The notes beneath the pieces were generated by a model. The model had not been told where the DNA came from. It saw only the letters and a list, made by a program, of their open reading frames with translations, and did no database searches. A DNA stretch of 48,220 nucleotides from Deltaproteobacteria bacterium. GTDB taxonomy: Bacteria > Myxococcota_A > UBA9042 > DTJE01. The translations under genes were made by a program, and so were the position numbers. Positions 1 through 8,746 of this stretch are shown piece by piece; the stretch's first letter is position 1; each line of letters opens with the position of its first letter. The stretch is from the NCBI GenBank assembly GCA_016875475.1, contig VGRB01000001.1, forward strand, positions 1-48,220, written 5' to 3'.

Positions 1-47
1 CTCCTGCTACGAACAGCGCGAAAACTACCCCCCGTCCGGAAAAAGAG

Positions 48-1103
48 TCACCGCCCGCTGCCACCCCGCCGCTGGGGCTCAGTTCCGGGACCTGTCATTT
101 CGCTGGGAGCGGGCGCGGCGGCCAGGGTCGCCATCCGGCCGACCAGTTCGCGCACCCCGAGCCCGGTCAGGGCCGAGATCGCCAGGAAGGGTGCCCTGCG
201 TTCGGTCGCGGCTGCGCGGAGCGCGTCGATCCCAGCCTCGCTGCCGGGCAGGTCGGCCTTGCTCGCGACCACGACGACCGGCTTCGACGCGAGCCCGGTC
301 CCGTAGCCGGCAAGCTCCCGCTCCACGACGGCGAGCGCCTCCGCGGGGTCGGGGGACGAGGCATCGACCAGGTGGACCAGCGCGCGGGTGCGCTCGACGT
401 GGCGCAGGAACTGGAGCCCGAGCCCGGCGCCTTGCGCGGCCCCCTCGATCAGCCCGGGCAGGTCCGCGACGACGAAGGTCCGGTCCGGTCCGCCGGCCTG
501 GACCACGCCCAGGTTCGGGACGATCGTGGTGAACGGGTAGTCCGCCACCTTCGCCTTGGCCGCGGAGATCCGGTTGATGAGCGTCGATTTCCCCGCGTTC
601 GGCAGGCCGACCAGGCCGATGTCCGCGAGCAGCTTCAGCTCGAGCCGGATCACCCGCTCCCGGCCGTCCCTGCCCGGGGTCGCGAAGTCGGGCACCTGCC
701 GCCAGGGGAGCGCGAACCTGGCGTTCCCCCTGCCGTGGCCGCCCCCCTTGCACATCACGACGGCCTGGCCCGCCTCCACGAAGTCCGCGAGCACCTCGCC
801 GGTTCCGGTGTCCGTGCTGACCGTGCCGACCGGGACCTTCAGGGTGACGTCGTCGCCGCCCTTGCCGGTGCGGTTGTTCCGGCCGCCGGGGTCGCCGCTG
901 CCGGCCTTGTGGTGGCGCCTGTAGTGGAAGTCGAGCAGGGTCTTCAGGCCCGGGTCCGCGACGAGGATCACGTCGCCGCCGCGGCCGCCGTCGCCTCCGT
1001 CCGGGCCTCCGTGCGGCACGTACTTCTCGCGCCGGAACGAGACGAGGCCGTCGCCGCCCCGGCCGGACCGGACCGTGATGATGGCCTCGTCGACGAACTT
1101 CAT
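48..1103 (-). CDS. obg: GTPase Obg/CgtA
   Basis: Lies inside ORF 48..1208(-). From the internal Met (cat at 1101-1103) the protein reads MKFVDEAIITVRSGRGGDGLVSFRREKYVPHGGPDGGDGGRGG, the glycine-rich Obg fold. It is followed by P-loop GLPNAGKST and G3 DLPG. The gene follows rplU-rpmA as in the conserved operon. Confidence 0.95.
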   Translation of the reverse strand: MKFVDEAIITVRSGRGGDGLVSFRREKYVPHGGPDGGDGGRGGDVILVADPGLKTLLDFHYRRHHKAGSGDPGGRNNRTGKGGDDVTLKVPVGTVSTDTGTGEVLADFVEAGQAVVMCKGGGHGRGNARFALPWRQVPDFATPGRDGRERVIRLELKLLADIGLVGLPNAGKSTLINRISAAKAKVADYPFTTIVPNLGVVQAGGPDRTFVVADLPGLIEGAAQGAGLGLQFLRHVERTRALVHLVDASSPDPAEALAVVERELAGYGTGLASKPVVVVASKADLPGSEAGIDALRAAATERRAPFLAISALTGLGVRELVGRMATLAAAPAPSEMTGPGTEPQRRGGSGR

Positions 1104-1137
1104 GCTCGGAAGACCGGTCCGGGGAGTCCCCGGTGCG

Positions 1138-1395
1138 TCAGGAGGCGGTCGTGACCACGTCCACGAACTTGTGGCCGCGCCGGTCGTGGTACTCGACCGT
1201 GCCGTCAATCGTCGCGAACAGCGTGTAGTCGCGGCCCATGCCGACGTTGTGGCCCGGGTGGATCACGGTGCCGAGCTGGCGGACGAGGATGTTGCCCGCG
1301 ATCACCTGCTGGCCGCCGTAGACCTTCACTCCGCGCCGCTGCCCGTGGCTGTCGCGACCGTTGCGACCCGCGCCCTGTCCCTTCTTGCGCCCCAT
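1138..1395 (-). CDS. rpmA: 50S ribosomal protein L27
   Basis: 85-aa ORF reading [29 protein letters not shown]...[10 protein letters not shown], a typical L27. It sits between rplU and obg. Confidence 0.97.
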   Translation of the reverse strand: MGRKKGQGAGRNGRDSHGQRRGVKVYGGQQVIAGNILVRQLGTVIHPGHNVGMGRDYTLFATIDGTVEYHDRRGHKFVDVVTTAS

Positions 1396-1399
1396 CGCC

Positions 1400-1714
1400 C
1401 TACTCCGTCACGATGCCCTGGATCAGGAGCCGCGTGAACTGCTGCCGGTGGCCGGCCAGCCGCCGGGAATTCTTCCGCCGCCGGGTCTTGTAGACCAGGA
1501 TCTTCGGGGTCCGGCCCGCGCCGACCACCTTGCCCTTTACCGCCGCGCCCTTGACCGTGGGCGTGCCGAGCTTCGTGTCGGTGTCGGTGCCGACCACGAG
1601 CACCTCGTCGAACCGGACCTCCGCGCCGACCTCGGCCGTGAGCTTCTCGACCTCGATCGTGTCGCCTTCGCTGACCCGGTACTGCTTGCCGCCGGTCCGG
1701 ATGACTGCGTACAT
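1400..1714 (-). CDS. rplU: 50S ribosomal protein L21
   Basis: From the internal Met (cat at 1712-1714) the ORF reads [25 protein letters not shown], the canonical L21 N-terminus. The 5-codon upstream extension in the track is not needed. Confidence 0.95.
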   Translation of the reverse strand: MYAVIRTGGKQYRVSEGDTIEVEKLTAEVGAEVRFDEVLVVGTDTDTKLGTPTVKGAAVKGKVVGAGRTPKILVYKTRRRKNSRRLAGHRQQFTRLLIQGIVTE

Positions 1715-1747
1715 CGGGAGCCTCCGCACCCCAAAGACAGGGGAGGT

Positions 1748-1775
1748 ATTGTAGCCACGGCCGTCCCCTTGTCAA
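1748..1775 (-). promoter_or_regulatory. sigma70-like promoter of rplU-rpmA-obg
   Basis: The minus strand reads TTGACA (1770-1775), a 16-nt spacer, then TACAAT (1748-1753). It lies about 35 nt upstream of the rplU start. Confidence 0.5.
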
Positions 1776-1860
1776 ATCGGACTTCCCGTCGCCGCCGGTT
1801 CTCCTGCCCGCCCGTCGCCGGCGTGCGACAATCGCCGCGGCTGCAAGCGAGGCATCACCG

Positions 1861-2526
1861 ATGCGGTCCGCTCCGCACCTCCCGCTGCTGCTCGCCGCCG
1901 CGTGCGCCGTTGCGTGCGCGACGTCCGGGCCGGTCGCCCGCGAACCCGGCCCGCGCGCGATCGAGGTCGAACTGACCGCCGACGGCGGCGACGGCGTCAC
2001 GGACGGACCGCGGATCGCGCGCAGGCTCGAGGAGATGGGCGCGGACGCGTGGGTTCTCGACGCACGCCTCGGTCGCATCGCGATCGTGGTCGAGGACCCG
2101 CGCGACCTGGGCCGGGTCCGGCTCGCCGCGAGGCCCGGCCGGCTGGGGTTCCACCTGGTCGACGAGGCCACGGGCCTGCCCGAGCCCGAGGCGCGGCTGT
2201 CCGGCGGGGACGTGGAGGAGGCCCGCGTCGGCCGCGACGAGTCCGCCGTTCCGCACGTGGCGATCCGCCTCTCGCCCGGGGCCTCGGCGCGCTTCGCCGA
2301 CCTGACCGGCGCCAACGTCGGGAGGAAGCTCGCGATCGTGCTGGACGGGGAGGTGCAGTCCGCGCCCGTGATCATGGAACGGATCGAGGGCCCCGAACTG
2401 CGGCTGACGACCGGCGGCGGGCCCGAGGCCGGGGCTCACGCGGAAGCGTTCGCAGCCGCGCTGAGCGCGGGACCGCCGCTCGCCCTCCACTGGCACGTCC
2501 GGACCGTGCGCCCCGCGTCGCGTTGA
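1861..2526 (+). CDS. small lipoprotein with a SecD P1-head-like segment
   Basis: Signal peptide and lipobox (LLLAAAC). The C-terminal part contains RKLAIVLDGEVQSAPVIMERI, which resembles the SecD periplasmic P1-head signature. No SecD/F membrane domain is present. Confidence 0.7.
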   Translation: MRSAPHLPLLLAAACAVACATSGPVAREPGPRAIEVELTADGGDGVTDGPRIARRLEEMGADAWVLDARLGRIAIVVEDPRDLGRVRLAARPGRLGFHLVDEATGLPEPEARLSGGDVEEARVGRDESAVPHVAIRLSPGASARFADLTGANVGRKLAIVLDGEVQSAPVIMERIEGPELRLTTGGGPEAGAHAEAFAAALSAGPPLALHWHVRTVRPASR

Positions 2527-2557
2527 TCAGGCGAAGTTGACGTTCGTCAGGTTTCCG

Positions 2558-2588
2558 CGAATCCGACTTGCGAACCAGTCGATATTCG
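2558..2588. promoter_or_regulatory. imperfect inverted repeat upstream of arsR (candidate operator)
   Basis: CGAATCCGAC (2558-2567) and GTCGATATTCG (2578-2588) are reverse complements apart from a 1-nt indel. They sit in a locally AT-richer stretch with TTGCGA (2568-2573), 17 nt, then TATTAG (2591-2596). Confidence 0.3.
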
Positions 2589-2718
2589 GATATTAGCATG
2601 TCGCCTTGGCCCGGACACCTTCCTCCCGGCCGTCGGCGCTGGTTCGTGCGGACGCCGGGGGGGGGGCGAAGGCGGCCCCTGGGAGCCCCGGGAGGGGCAC
2701 GATCCGCGGAGGCGGCGA

Positions 2719-3039
2719 ATGGAAGCGGTGCACGTGAGGGCGGTCCTGAGCGACGACGCGCGCGTCGAGCGCGCCTCCGGGATCCTGAAGGCGCTCGGGC
2801 ATCCGGCCCGGCTGCGGATCGTCGGCCTGCTCTGCCTCGACGGCGAGCGGTCGGTCGGGGACATCTGCCGGGCCCTCGACCTGCCGCAGGCACTGGCGTC
2901 GCAGCAGCTCGGGATCCTCCGGCTGCACGGGCTGGTGGCGGTCCGCCGGACCGGGGGGTTCCGGAGGTACTCGATCGCGGTCCCGGAGGTCGCGGACATG
3001 CTGTCCTGCATGACGCGGTGCCATCCTCCGAACGGCTGA
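2719..3039 (+). CDS. ArsR/SmtB-family transcriptional regulator
   Basis: 106-aa ORF with GILKALGHPARLRIVGLLCLDGERSVGDICRALDLPQALASQQLGILRLHGLV, a winged-helix ArsR signature. Confidence 0.9.
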   Translation: MEAVHVRAVLSDDARVERASGILKALGHPARLRIVGLLCLDGERSVGDICRALDLPQALASQQLGILRLHGLVAVRRTGGFRRYSIAVPEVADMLSCMTRCHPPNG

Positions 3040-3062
3040 CGACGGCCCGGAGGGCTTTTCGA

Positions 3063-5267
3063 ATGGAGCTGACCCGCAGGCGGTTCATCAGGATCGGCGG
3101 CGCGGCGGCCGGGGCGGCCGCGGTCGGGTCGGGCCTCGCCACCCGGTGGTGGGGGCTCGACGGCGACGCGGTCGCGGACCCGGGCACGGACGGCGACAGG
3201 GTCGTGCCGACGTTCTGCGAGCTGTGTTTCTGGAAGTGCGGCGTGCTCGCGCACGTGCGCGACGGGCGCGTCACCAAGCTGACCGGCAACCCGAAGCACC
3301 CGCTGTCCCGTGGCCGGCTCTGCCCGCGCGGGACCGGCGGCGCCGGCCTGCTGTACGACCCGGACCGGCTGAAGCGGCCGATGATCCGGCGCGAGAAGCG
3401 CGGCGAGGCCGTGTTCGAGGAGGTCGGTTGGGCCGCGGCGCTCGACTACACGGCCGAGAAGCTCATGAAGATCAAGGAGAAGTACGGGCCGGAAGCGGTC
3501 GCGCTCTACAGCCACGGGTACGGCGGGTCCTGGTTCAAGCACCTGCTGAAGGCATACGGGTCCGACGCGATCGCCGCGCCCAGCTACGCGCAGTGCCGCG
3601 GCCCGCGCGAGGTCGGCTGGCAGCTCACGTTCGGCGCCGGGGTCGGGTCGCCGGAGCAGCTCGACATCGAGAACTCGCGGGTGCTGACGCTCATCGGGTC
3701 GCACCTCGGCGAGAACATGCACAACACGCAGGTCCAGGAGCTGGCCGCGGCGCTCGACCGTGGCGCGCAGCTCGTGGTCGTGGACCCGCGCTTCTCGACC
3801 GCGGCGGGCAAGGCGCGGTACTGGCTGCCGATCAAGCCGGGGACCGACATCGCGCTGCTGCTCGCGTGGATGCACGTGATCGTGCGCGACGGCCTGCACG
3901 ACCGCGCGTACCTCGACAAGTACGCGATCGGGCTCGACAAGCTGGCGAAACACCTCACGGACAAGACCCCGGAGTGGGCCTGGACCGAGACGGGGATCCC
4001 GGCCGGGACCATCGTCGAGACGGCGCGCTTCATCGCGGGGGGGCGGCCGGCGTCGCTGGTCCACCCGGGCCGCCGCGTGGTCTGGTACGGGGACGACACC
4101 CAGCGCACGCGCGCCATCGCGATCCTGAACGCGCTGCTCGGGTCCTACGCGCGTCGCGGCGGGATCTACGTGCCGTCGCAGATGCAGCTCCCGACGTACC
4201 CGTACGCGAAGTACGGGCACGAGCCTCGCGTCCCCCCGGACTCGCCGAAGGACCGCGCGTACCCGCTCGCCGACGAGACGCTCGCGAGCGGGCTCTGCAT
4301 GGCGAGCATCCCGGGCACGGCCGCCTACGACATCAAGGGGTGGCTGGTCTACGGGACGAACCTGCTGATGGCCATGCCGCAGCCGGAGAAGGTGAAGGAG
4401 GCCATCCAGGCGCTCGACTTCATCGCGGTCGTGGACGTGCTCCCGGCCGAGATTGCGGGCTGGGCGGACGTGGTCCTGCCCGAGTCGACCTACCTCGAGC
4501 GGTGCGACGAGGTGGACAACCCCCCGTACAAGGTCCCGTTCGCCGCGGTCCGGCAGCCCGTGGTCGAGCCGATGCACGACTCGAAGCCCGGATGGTGGAT
4601 CGCGCGCGAGATCGCGCACCGCATCGGGCTCGCCGACTACTTCCCGTGGAAGGACAGCCTCGAGTACGCGATGCACCGCGTCCATTCGGCCGGGATCTCG
4701 TGCGAGACCATGAAGTCCGACGGCGTGGTCGTGGGCAAGGCGCAGCCGACGACGATCGAGGACGGGCTCGAGCCGACGTTCGCGACGCCGTCCGGGCGGA
4801 TCGAGCTGTTCTCGCAGCGGCTCGCGGACGCGGGGTTCGACCCGATGCCGGGCTACACGCCCCCCGAGGAGCCGCCTGCGGGCCACTTCCGCCTGCTGTT
4901 CGGCCGCTCCCCGGTCCACACGTTCGGCCGGACCACGAACAACCGGTTCCTCGGCGAGGTCGCGTCCGAGAACGAGGTCTGGGTGAACGCGGACGCGGCG
5001 AAGGAGCAGGGGGTCGCAGGGGGGGACAAGGTCGTGCTCGTGAACCAGGACGGCGCGCGGTCGCAGCCGATCCGCGTCAAGGCCACGGAGCGCATCCGGC
5101 CGGACTGCGTCTACATGGTGCACGGGTTCGGCCACGACGCGAAGGGCCTGAAGTTCGCGCGGAACCGCGGCGCGGACGACGCGCGGCTCGTCACGCGGAT
5201 CAAGGTCGATCCGATCATGGGCGGTACGGGCATGAACGTGAACTTCGTCCGCATCGAGAGGGCCTGA
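3063..5267 (+). CDS. TAT-exported molybdopterin oxidoreductase catalytic subunit (PsrA/PhsA-type polysulfide/thiosulfate reductase family)
   Basis: In-frame ATG at 3063 preceded by GGAGGG. Twin-arginine signal MELTRRRFIRIGG. N-terminal 4Fe-4S motif C-x2-C-x3-C-x27-C (CELCFWKCGV...LCPRG). About 734 aa. Followed by 4Fe-4S and NrfD-type subunits. Confidence 0.9.
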   Translation: MELTRRRFIRIGGAAAGAAAVGSGLATRWWGLDGDAVADPGTDGDRVVPTFCELCFWKCGVLAHVRDGRVTKLTGNPKHPLSRGRLCPRGTGGAGLLYDPDRLKRPMIRREKRGEAVFEEVGWAAALDYTAEKLMKIKEKYGPEAVALYSHGYGGSWFKHLLKAYGSDAIAAPSYAQCRGPREVGWQLTFGAGVGSPEQLDIENSRVLTLIGSHLGENMHNTQVQELAAALDRGAQLVVVDPRFSTAAGKARYWLPIKPGTDIALLLAWMHVIVRDGLHDRAYLDKYAIGLDKLAKHLTDKTPEWAWTETGIPAGTIVETARFIAGGRPASLVHPGRRVVWYGDDTQRTRAIAILNALLGSYARRGGIYVPSQMQLPTYPYAKYGHEPRVPPDSPKDRAYPLADETLASGLCMASIPGTAAYDIKGWLVYGTNLLMAMPQPEKVKEAIQALDFIAVVDVLPAEIAGWADVVLPESTYLERCDEVDNPPYKVPFAAVRQPVVEPMHDSKPGWWIAREIAHRIGLADYFPWKDSLEYAMHRVHSAGISCETMKSDGVVVGKAQPTTIEDGLEPTFATPSGRIELFSQRLADAGFDPMPGYTPPEEPPAGHFRLLFGRSPVHTFGRTTNNRFLGEVASENEVWVNADAAKEQGVAGGDKVVLVNQDGARSQPIRVKATERIRPDCVYMVHGFGHDAKGLKFARNRGADDARLVTRIKVDPIMGGTGMNVNFVRIERA

Positions 5268-5268
5268 A

Positions 5269-5817
5269 ATGCCTGACGCGAAGAAGAGATACGCCATGGT
5301 CGTGGACACGCGGGGGTGCGTCGCGTGCAAGGCGTGCGTGCTCGCGTGCAAGGCCGAGAACGCGGTGCCGGACGGCCGCACGCGCGACTGGCTCGTCGAG
5401 GAGGTGCGCGGCCGGTTCCCGCGGCTGGCCGCCGAGAACCGGAGCGAGCGCTGCAACCACTGCGCCGGGGCGCCGTGCGTCGACGCCTGCCCGACCGGCG
5501 CGAGCCACGTCGCGGAGGGAGGGACCGTGCAGGTGACGCGCCACAAGTGCACGGGCTGCAAGGCGTGCATGGCCGCGTGCCCGTACGACGCGCGCTACGT
5601 GCACCCCGACGGGTTCGTGGACAAGTGCACCTTCTGCCTGCACCGCGCGCAGTACGGGAAGCTCCCGGCGTGCGTGGAGGTCTGCCCGACCGCGTGCCTG
5701 CACTTCGGGGACCTGTCGGACCCCGGGGCCGAGGTCTCGCGGCTGCTGCGGGAGCGGAAATGGAAGGTGAACCACCCGGAGACCGGGGCGAGGCCGAACG
5801 TCTATTTCCTCGTCTGA
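5269..5817 (+). CDS. 4Fe-4S ferredoxin-type electron-transfer subunit (PsrB-like)
   Basis: Several CxxCxxCxxxCP-type cluster motifs (CVACKACVLAC, CNHCAGAPCVDACP, CTGCKACMAACP, CTFC...CVEVCP). The start is 1 nt after the catalytic-subunit stop. Confidence 0.93.
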   Translation: MPDAKKRYAMVVDTRGCVACKACVLACKAENAVPDGRTRDWLVEEVRGRFPRLAAENRSERCNHCAGAPCVDACPTGASHVAEGGTVQVTRHKCTGCKACMAACPYDARYVHPDGFVDKCTFCLHRAQYGKLPACVEVCPTACLHFGDLSDPGAEVSRLLRERKWKVNHPETGARPNVYFLV

Positions 5818-5829
5818 GCGGAGGCGGCG

Positions 5830-6723
5830 ATGGACCCGACGATCGTGGAAACCGTTCACGGGCGTGCGAATCCGCTCGTGGACCCGACCCTCTCCGTGTG
5901 GGGATGGGAGATCCCGGTCTACCTGTTCCTCGGCGGGCTCGCAGCGGGGCTGATGATCCTGCCCGCCGCGCTGGAGCTTGCTCGCGGCCGGCGGCCGGAC
6001 TCCGTCTGGGTGCGGCTCGGGCCCCTGCTCGCCGCGGCGCTGTTGTCGCTCGGCATGGGCGCGCTCTTCCTCGACCTCGAGCACAAGCTCTACGTGTGGC
6101 GGTTCTACCTCGCGTTCAAGCCGGCGTCGCCGATGAGCTGGGGCGCGTGGATCCTGGTCCTCGTCTACCCGGTCGCGTTCCTCGCGTGGTGGGACCCGGC
6201 GTGGCTCCCCCGCCGCGCGGTGCTCTGGACCGCCGTGGCCGCGGGCGGGGCGCTCGGGATCTACACGGGCATCCTGCTCGGCGCGATGGCGGCCCGTCCC
6301 GGCTGGAACAGCGCCGTGCTGGGGCCGCTCTTCCTGGCGTCCGGCCTGTCCACGGGCGCGGCCCTGCTGCTCCTGCTGCCGCTCGACGCCCGCGATCGGC
6401 ACGCGCTGGTCCGCATCGACGCGGTCGCGCTCGTCGCCGAGGCCGCGCTGCTCGGCGTGCTCCTGATCGGGTTCGCGTCGGGCGACCGGACCGCGCACCT
6501 CGCGTTCGAGCACCTGACCACGAGGAACTGGGCGAGCGCGTTCTGGTCGCTCGTCGTGGTCGCGGGCATCTCGGTCCCGCTGGCGTTCGAGGCGCTCGAG
6601 ATACGGCGGAAGCTCGCGTTCGTCGCGGTCGCGCCGGTGCTCGTGCTGGTCGGGGGGCTGTCGCTCCGGTTCGTGCTGGTGCTGTCGGGCCAGGCGTCGA
6701 GCTTCGACGAGTTCCCGGGCTGA
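5830..6723 (+). CDS. NrfD/PsrC-type polytopic membrane quinol-interacting subunit
   Basis: 297 aa with about 8 hydrophobic helices. N-terminus reads WGWEIPVYLFLGGLAAG, typical of the NrfD family. Third gene of the reductase triad. Confidence 0.9.
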   Translation: MDPTIVETVHGRANPLVDPTLSVWGWEIPVYLFLGGLAAGLMILPAALELARGRRPDSVWVRLGPLLAAALLSLGMGALFLDLEHKLYVWRFYLAFKPASPMSWGAWILVLVYPVAFLAWWDPAWLPRRAVLWTAVAAGGALGIYTGILLGAMAARPGWNSAVLGPLFLASGLSTGAALLLLLPLDARDRHALVRIDAVALVAEAALLGVLLIGFASGDRTAHLAFEHLTTRNWASAFWSLVVVAGISVPLAFEALEIRRKLAFVAVAPVLVLVGGLSLRFVLVLSGQASSFDEFPG

Positions 6724-6734
6724 GGAGGTGCGTG

Positions 6735-7253
6735 ATGACGCAGGAGAAGCCGTTCTGGAACCCCTACGTGGGCGGGTTCGTGCTGGGGCTGGTGCTGCTC
6801 GGGTCGTTCCTGGTGGTCGGGAACGGGCTCGGCGCGTCCGGCGCCGCGAACCGGCTCGGGGTCGGCGCCGCGTACCTGGTCGCGCCGGAGACCGTGGCCG
6901 CGCACGAGGTGTTCGGCGAGTACGCCGGGCCCGGGAAGAACGTGCTCGACGACTGGCTCGTCTTCGAGGTGCTCGGGGTCTTCCTGGGCGGGGCGCTCGG
7001 CGCGTACTCGGCCGGGCGGATGCGGCGCGGGATCCAGGGCGGTCCGCGGCCCCTCGCGCCGTGGAAGCGGCTCGCGTTCGCGTTCGCGGGCGGTCTCCTG
7101 ATGGGGGTTGCGGCGCGGCTCGCGCGCGGCTGCACGTCCGGCCAGGCCCTGACCGGCGGGGCGCTGCTGTCCGCGGGGTCGTGGGCCTTCATGATGATGG
7201 TGTTCGCGGGCGGCTACCTGGCCGCCCCGTTCCTCCGGAGGCAGTGGCGATGA
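6735..7253 (+). CDS. YeeE/YedE-family sulfur-compound transporter, first half
   Basis: Terminal 172 aa of ORF 5316..7253. GGAGG lies 6 nt upstream of ATG 6735. Hydrophobic protein with the conserved ARGCTSGQ motif. Confidence 0.85.
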   Translation: MTQEKPFWNPYVGGFVLGLVLLGSFLVVGNGLGASGAANRLGVGAAYLVAPETVAAHEVFGEYAGPGKNVLDDWLVFEVLGVFLGGALGAYSAGRMRRGIQGGPRPLAPWKRLAFAFAGGLLMGVAARLARGCTSGQALTGGALLSAGSWAFMMMVFAGGYLAAPFLRRQWR

Positions 7254-8476
7254 GCGAGACGGCGATGACCCTGTTCCCGCTGTACGCTGCGGACGCGTTC
7301 GGCTACGAGGCATTCCTGGTGCTCGGCACGCTGATCGGCGTGGCGTTCGGCTTCGTGCTGGAGCGGTCGGGCTTCGGGCGGGCGCCGGTGCTCGCGGCCC
7401 AGTTCTACGGCAGCGACACGCGCGTGCTCAAGGTGATGTTCACCGGCATCGTGACCGCGCTGGTCGGCATGACCGTGCTCGACGGCGCGGGCCTGCTCGA
7501 CATCTCGCGCCTGGTCATCCCGGAGACGATCCTGTGGGCCCAGGTCGCGGGCGGCCTCCTCCTCGGCGTCGGCTTCATCGTGTCCGGCTACTGCCCGGGC
7601 ACGTCGGTCGTGTCGGCCGCGTCGGGGAACGTCGACGGCCTCGTGACCGTGGTCGGCGTCGTGGCGGGCTCGCTGGTCTTCGGCGTGGCGTGGCCCGTCT
7701 TCCAGCCCCTCCACGACGCCGGCGCGATGGGCGTGGTCCGCCTCCCCGACCTCCTCGGCGTGCCCCAGGCCCTGCTCGCGTTCGGCGTTTTCGCGATGGC
7801 GGTCGGCGCCTTCGGTTTCGGCGAGTGGGTCGAGCGCGCGCTCGGCAGCCGCCGCGGCGAGCCCGTGCCCGCCTCCCAGCCGCGCGTGCGCAACCGCGTG
7901 CTCGCGGGCCTGGGCGGCGCGTCCGCGATCGGGCTCGCGCTGCTGCTGGTGCCCGGCGATGGCCCGGGCGGCGCCCCGGGCGACGCACCGCCCGGCGCCG
8001 CGCCGCGGCACGTGGCCTCGATCGAGCCGCTCGCGCTGGCCGCCGACCTCGTCGAGCGGCCATGGTCGCTGTCCCTGGTGGACGTCCGTCCGGCCGCCGA
8101 GTGCGAGGCCGCCCGCATCCCGGGCGCGGCGTGCCTGCCGGCCGACGACCCCGCCGGCTTCCTCGCGGCGCTCCCCCCCGCGCGCACGCTCGTGCTGTAT
8201 GCCGCCGCGGACCTGCCGCCCCCCCCCGACGTCGGCTCGCGCTTCACGGGTCCGGTGGCCGTGCTGCGGGGCGGCTTCGACGCCTTCCGGTCCGCGGTGC
8301 TGGCAAAGCCGGAGCTGCCCGCGGCCCCGGACGCCGCCGCGGTCGCGGCGTTCCGCACCCGCTCCGCGCTGCACGGCCATTTCACCGGCGCGAAGACCCA
8401 GGCCCCCCCCGCGGCCGTCCCCGCGCGCAGCGGCGCGCCCGCGCCCGGCGGGAAGAAGAAGGGCGGGGGGTGCTGA
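7250..8476 (+). CDS. YeeE/YedE-family transporter second half fused to a rhodanese-like domain
   Basis: ATG 7250 overlaps the previous stop (ATGA). Membrane part carries the SGYCPGTS motif. C-terminal rhodanese fold (LVDVRPAAECEAARIPGA...LVLYAAAD...LRGGFDAF) has Ala where the catalytic Cys normally sits. The protein ends KKKGGGC. Confidence 0.85.
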   Translation: MSETAMTLFPLYAADAFGYEAFLVLGTLIGVAFGFVLERSGFGRAPVLAAQFYGSDTRVLKVMFTGIVTALVGMTVLDGAGLLDISRLVIPETILWAQVAGGLLLGVGFIVSGYCPGTSVVSAASGNVDGLVTVVGVVAGSLVFGVAWPVFQPLHDAGAMGVVRLPDLLGVPQALLAFGVFAMAVGAFGFGEWVERALGSRRGEPVPASQPRVRNRVLAGLGGASAIGLALLLVPGDGPGGAPGDAPPGAAPRHVASIEPLALAADLVERPWSLSLVDVRPAAECEAARIPGAACLPADDPAGFLAALPPARTLVLYAAADLPPPPDVGSRFTGPVAVLRGGFDAFRSAVLAKPELPAAPDAAAVAAFRTRSALHGHFTGAKTQAPPAAVPARSGAPAPGGKKKGGGC

Positions 8477-8495
8477 GAAGTCGTCTCCGCATCCC

Positions 8496-8522
8496 GGCGT
8501 TCCCCCTTTCCACGGGGACGCC
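8496..8522. terminator. stem-loop between the convergent operons
   Basis: GGCGT(T)CCCC (8496-8505) pairs with GGGGACGCC (8514-8522): 9 bp with one bulge. It lies between the stop at 8476 (+) and the stop at 8525 (-). There is no clear U-tract. Confidence 0.35.
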
Positions 8523-8524
8523 GC

Positions 8525-8746
8525 CTACGCCCGCAGCACCTCGATGACCACGAGGCCGTCATCCCGGCGCTCGGCCGCGGTCACGCGGTGGCCGGCCGCC
8601 TTCAGCGACGACATGACCGCCTTCAACGCGTCCGCCCGGAGCGTGACCCGCAGCGTCCCCCCGGCCGCGAGCAGGTCCATGGCCCTGCCGACCTTCACGT
8701 GCGTCAGCGGGCAGGCGTCCCCGGTGATGTCCAGCTCCTGCGTCAT
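8525..8746 (-). CDS. TusA/SirA-like sulfur-carrier protein
   Basis: 73-aa terminal part of ORF 8525..9313: MTQELDITGDACPLTHVKVGRAMDLL...TLRV. This is the TusA fold with its conserved Cys. The start overlaps the upstream stop (ATGA). Confidence 0.85.
   Translation of the reverse strand: MTQELDITGDACPLTHVKVGRAMDLLAAGGTLRVTLRADALKAVMSSLKAAGHRVTAAERRDDGLVVIEVLRA

Noticed and set aside
3063-5267. Respiratory arsenate reductase (ArrA) interpretation, prompted by the upstream ArsR-family regulator.
   Set aside because: The enzyme has an NrfD/PsrC-type membrane anchor. It is co-transcribed with YeeE/YedE and rhodanese modules and faces a sulfur-assimilation operon. ArsR/SmtB regulators are not arsenic-specific. 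This is not formally excluded without a phylogeny.
2547-5570. 1007-aa minus-strand ORF opposite the molybdopterin reductase. Also 17435..19927(-), 19417..21831(-), 22523..24397(-) and 44910..47312(-).
   Set aside because: The same GC-bias artefact. Each lies antisense to a gene with clear family motifs.
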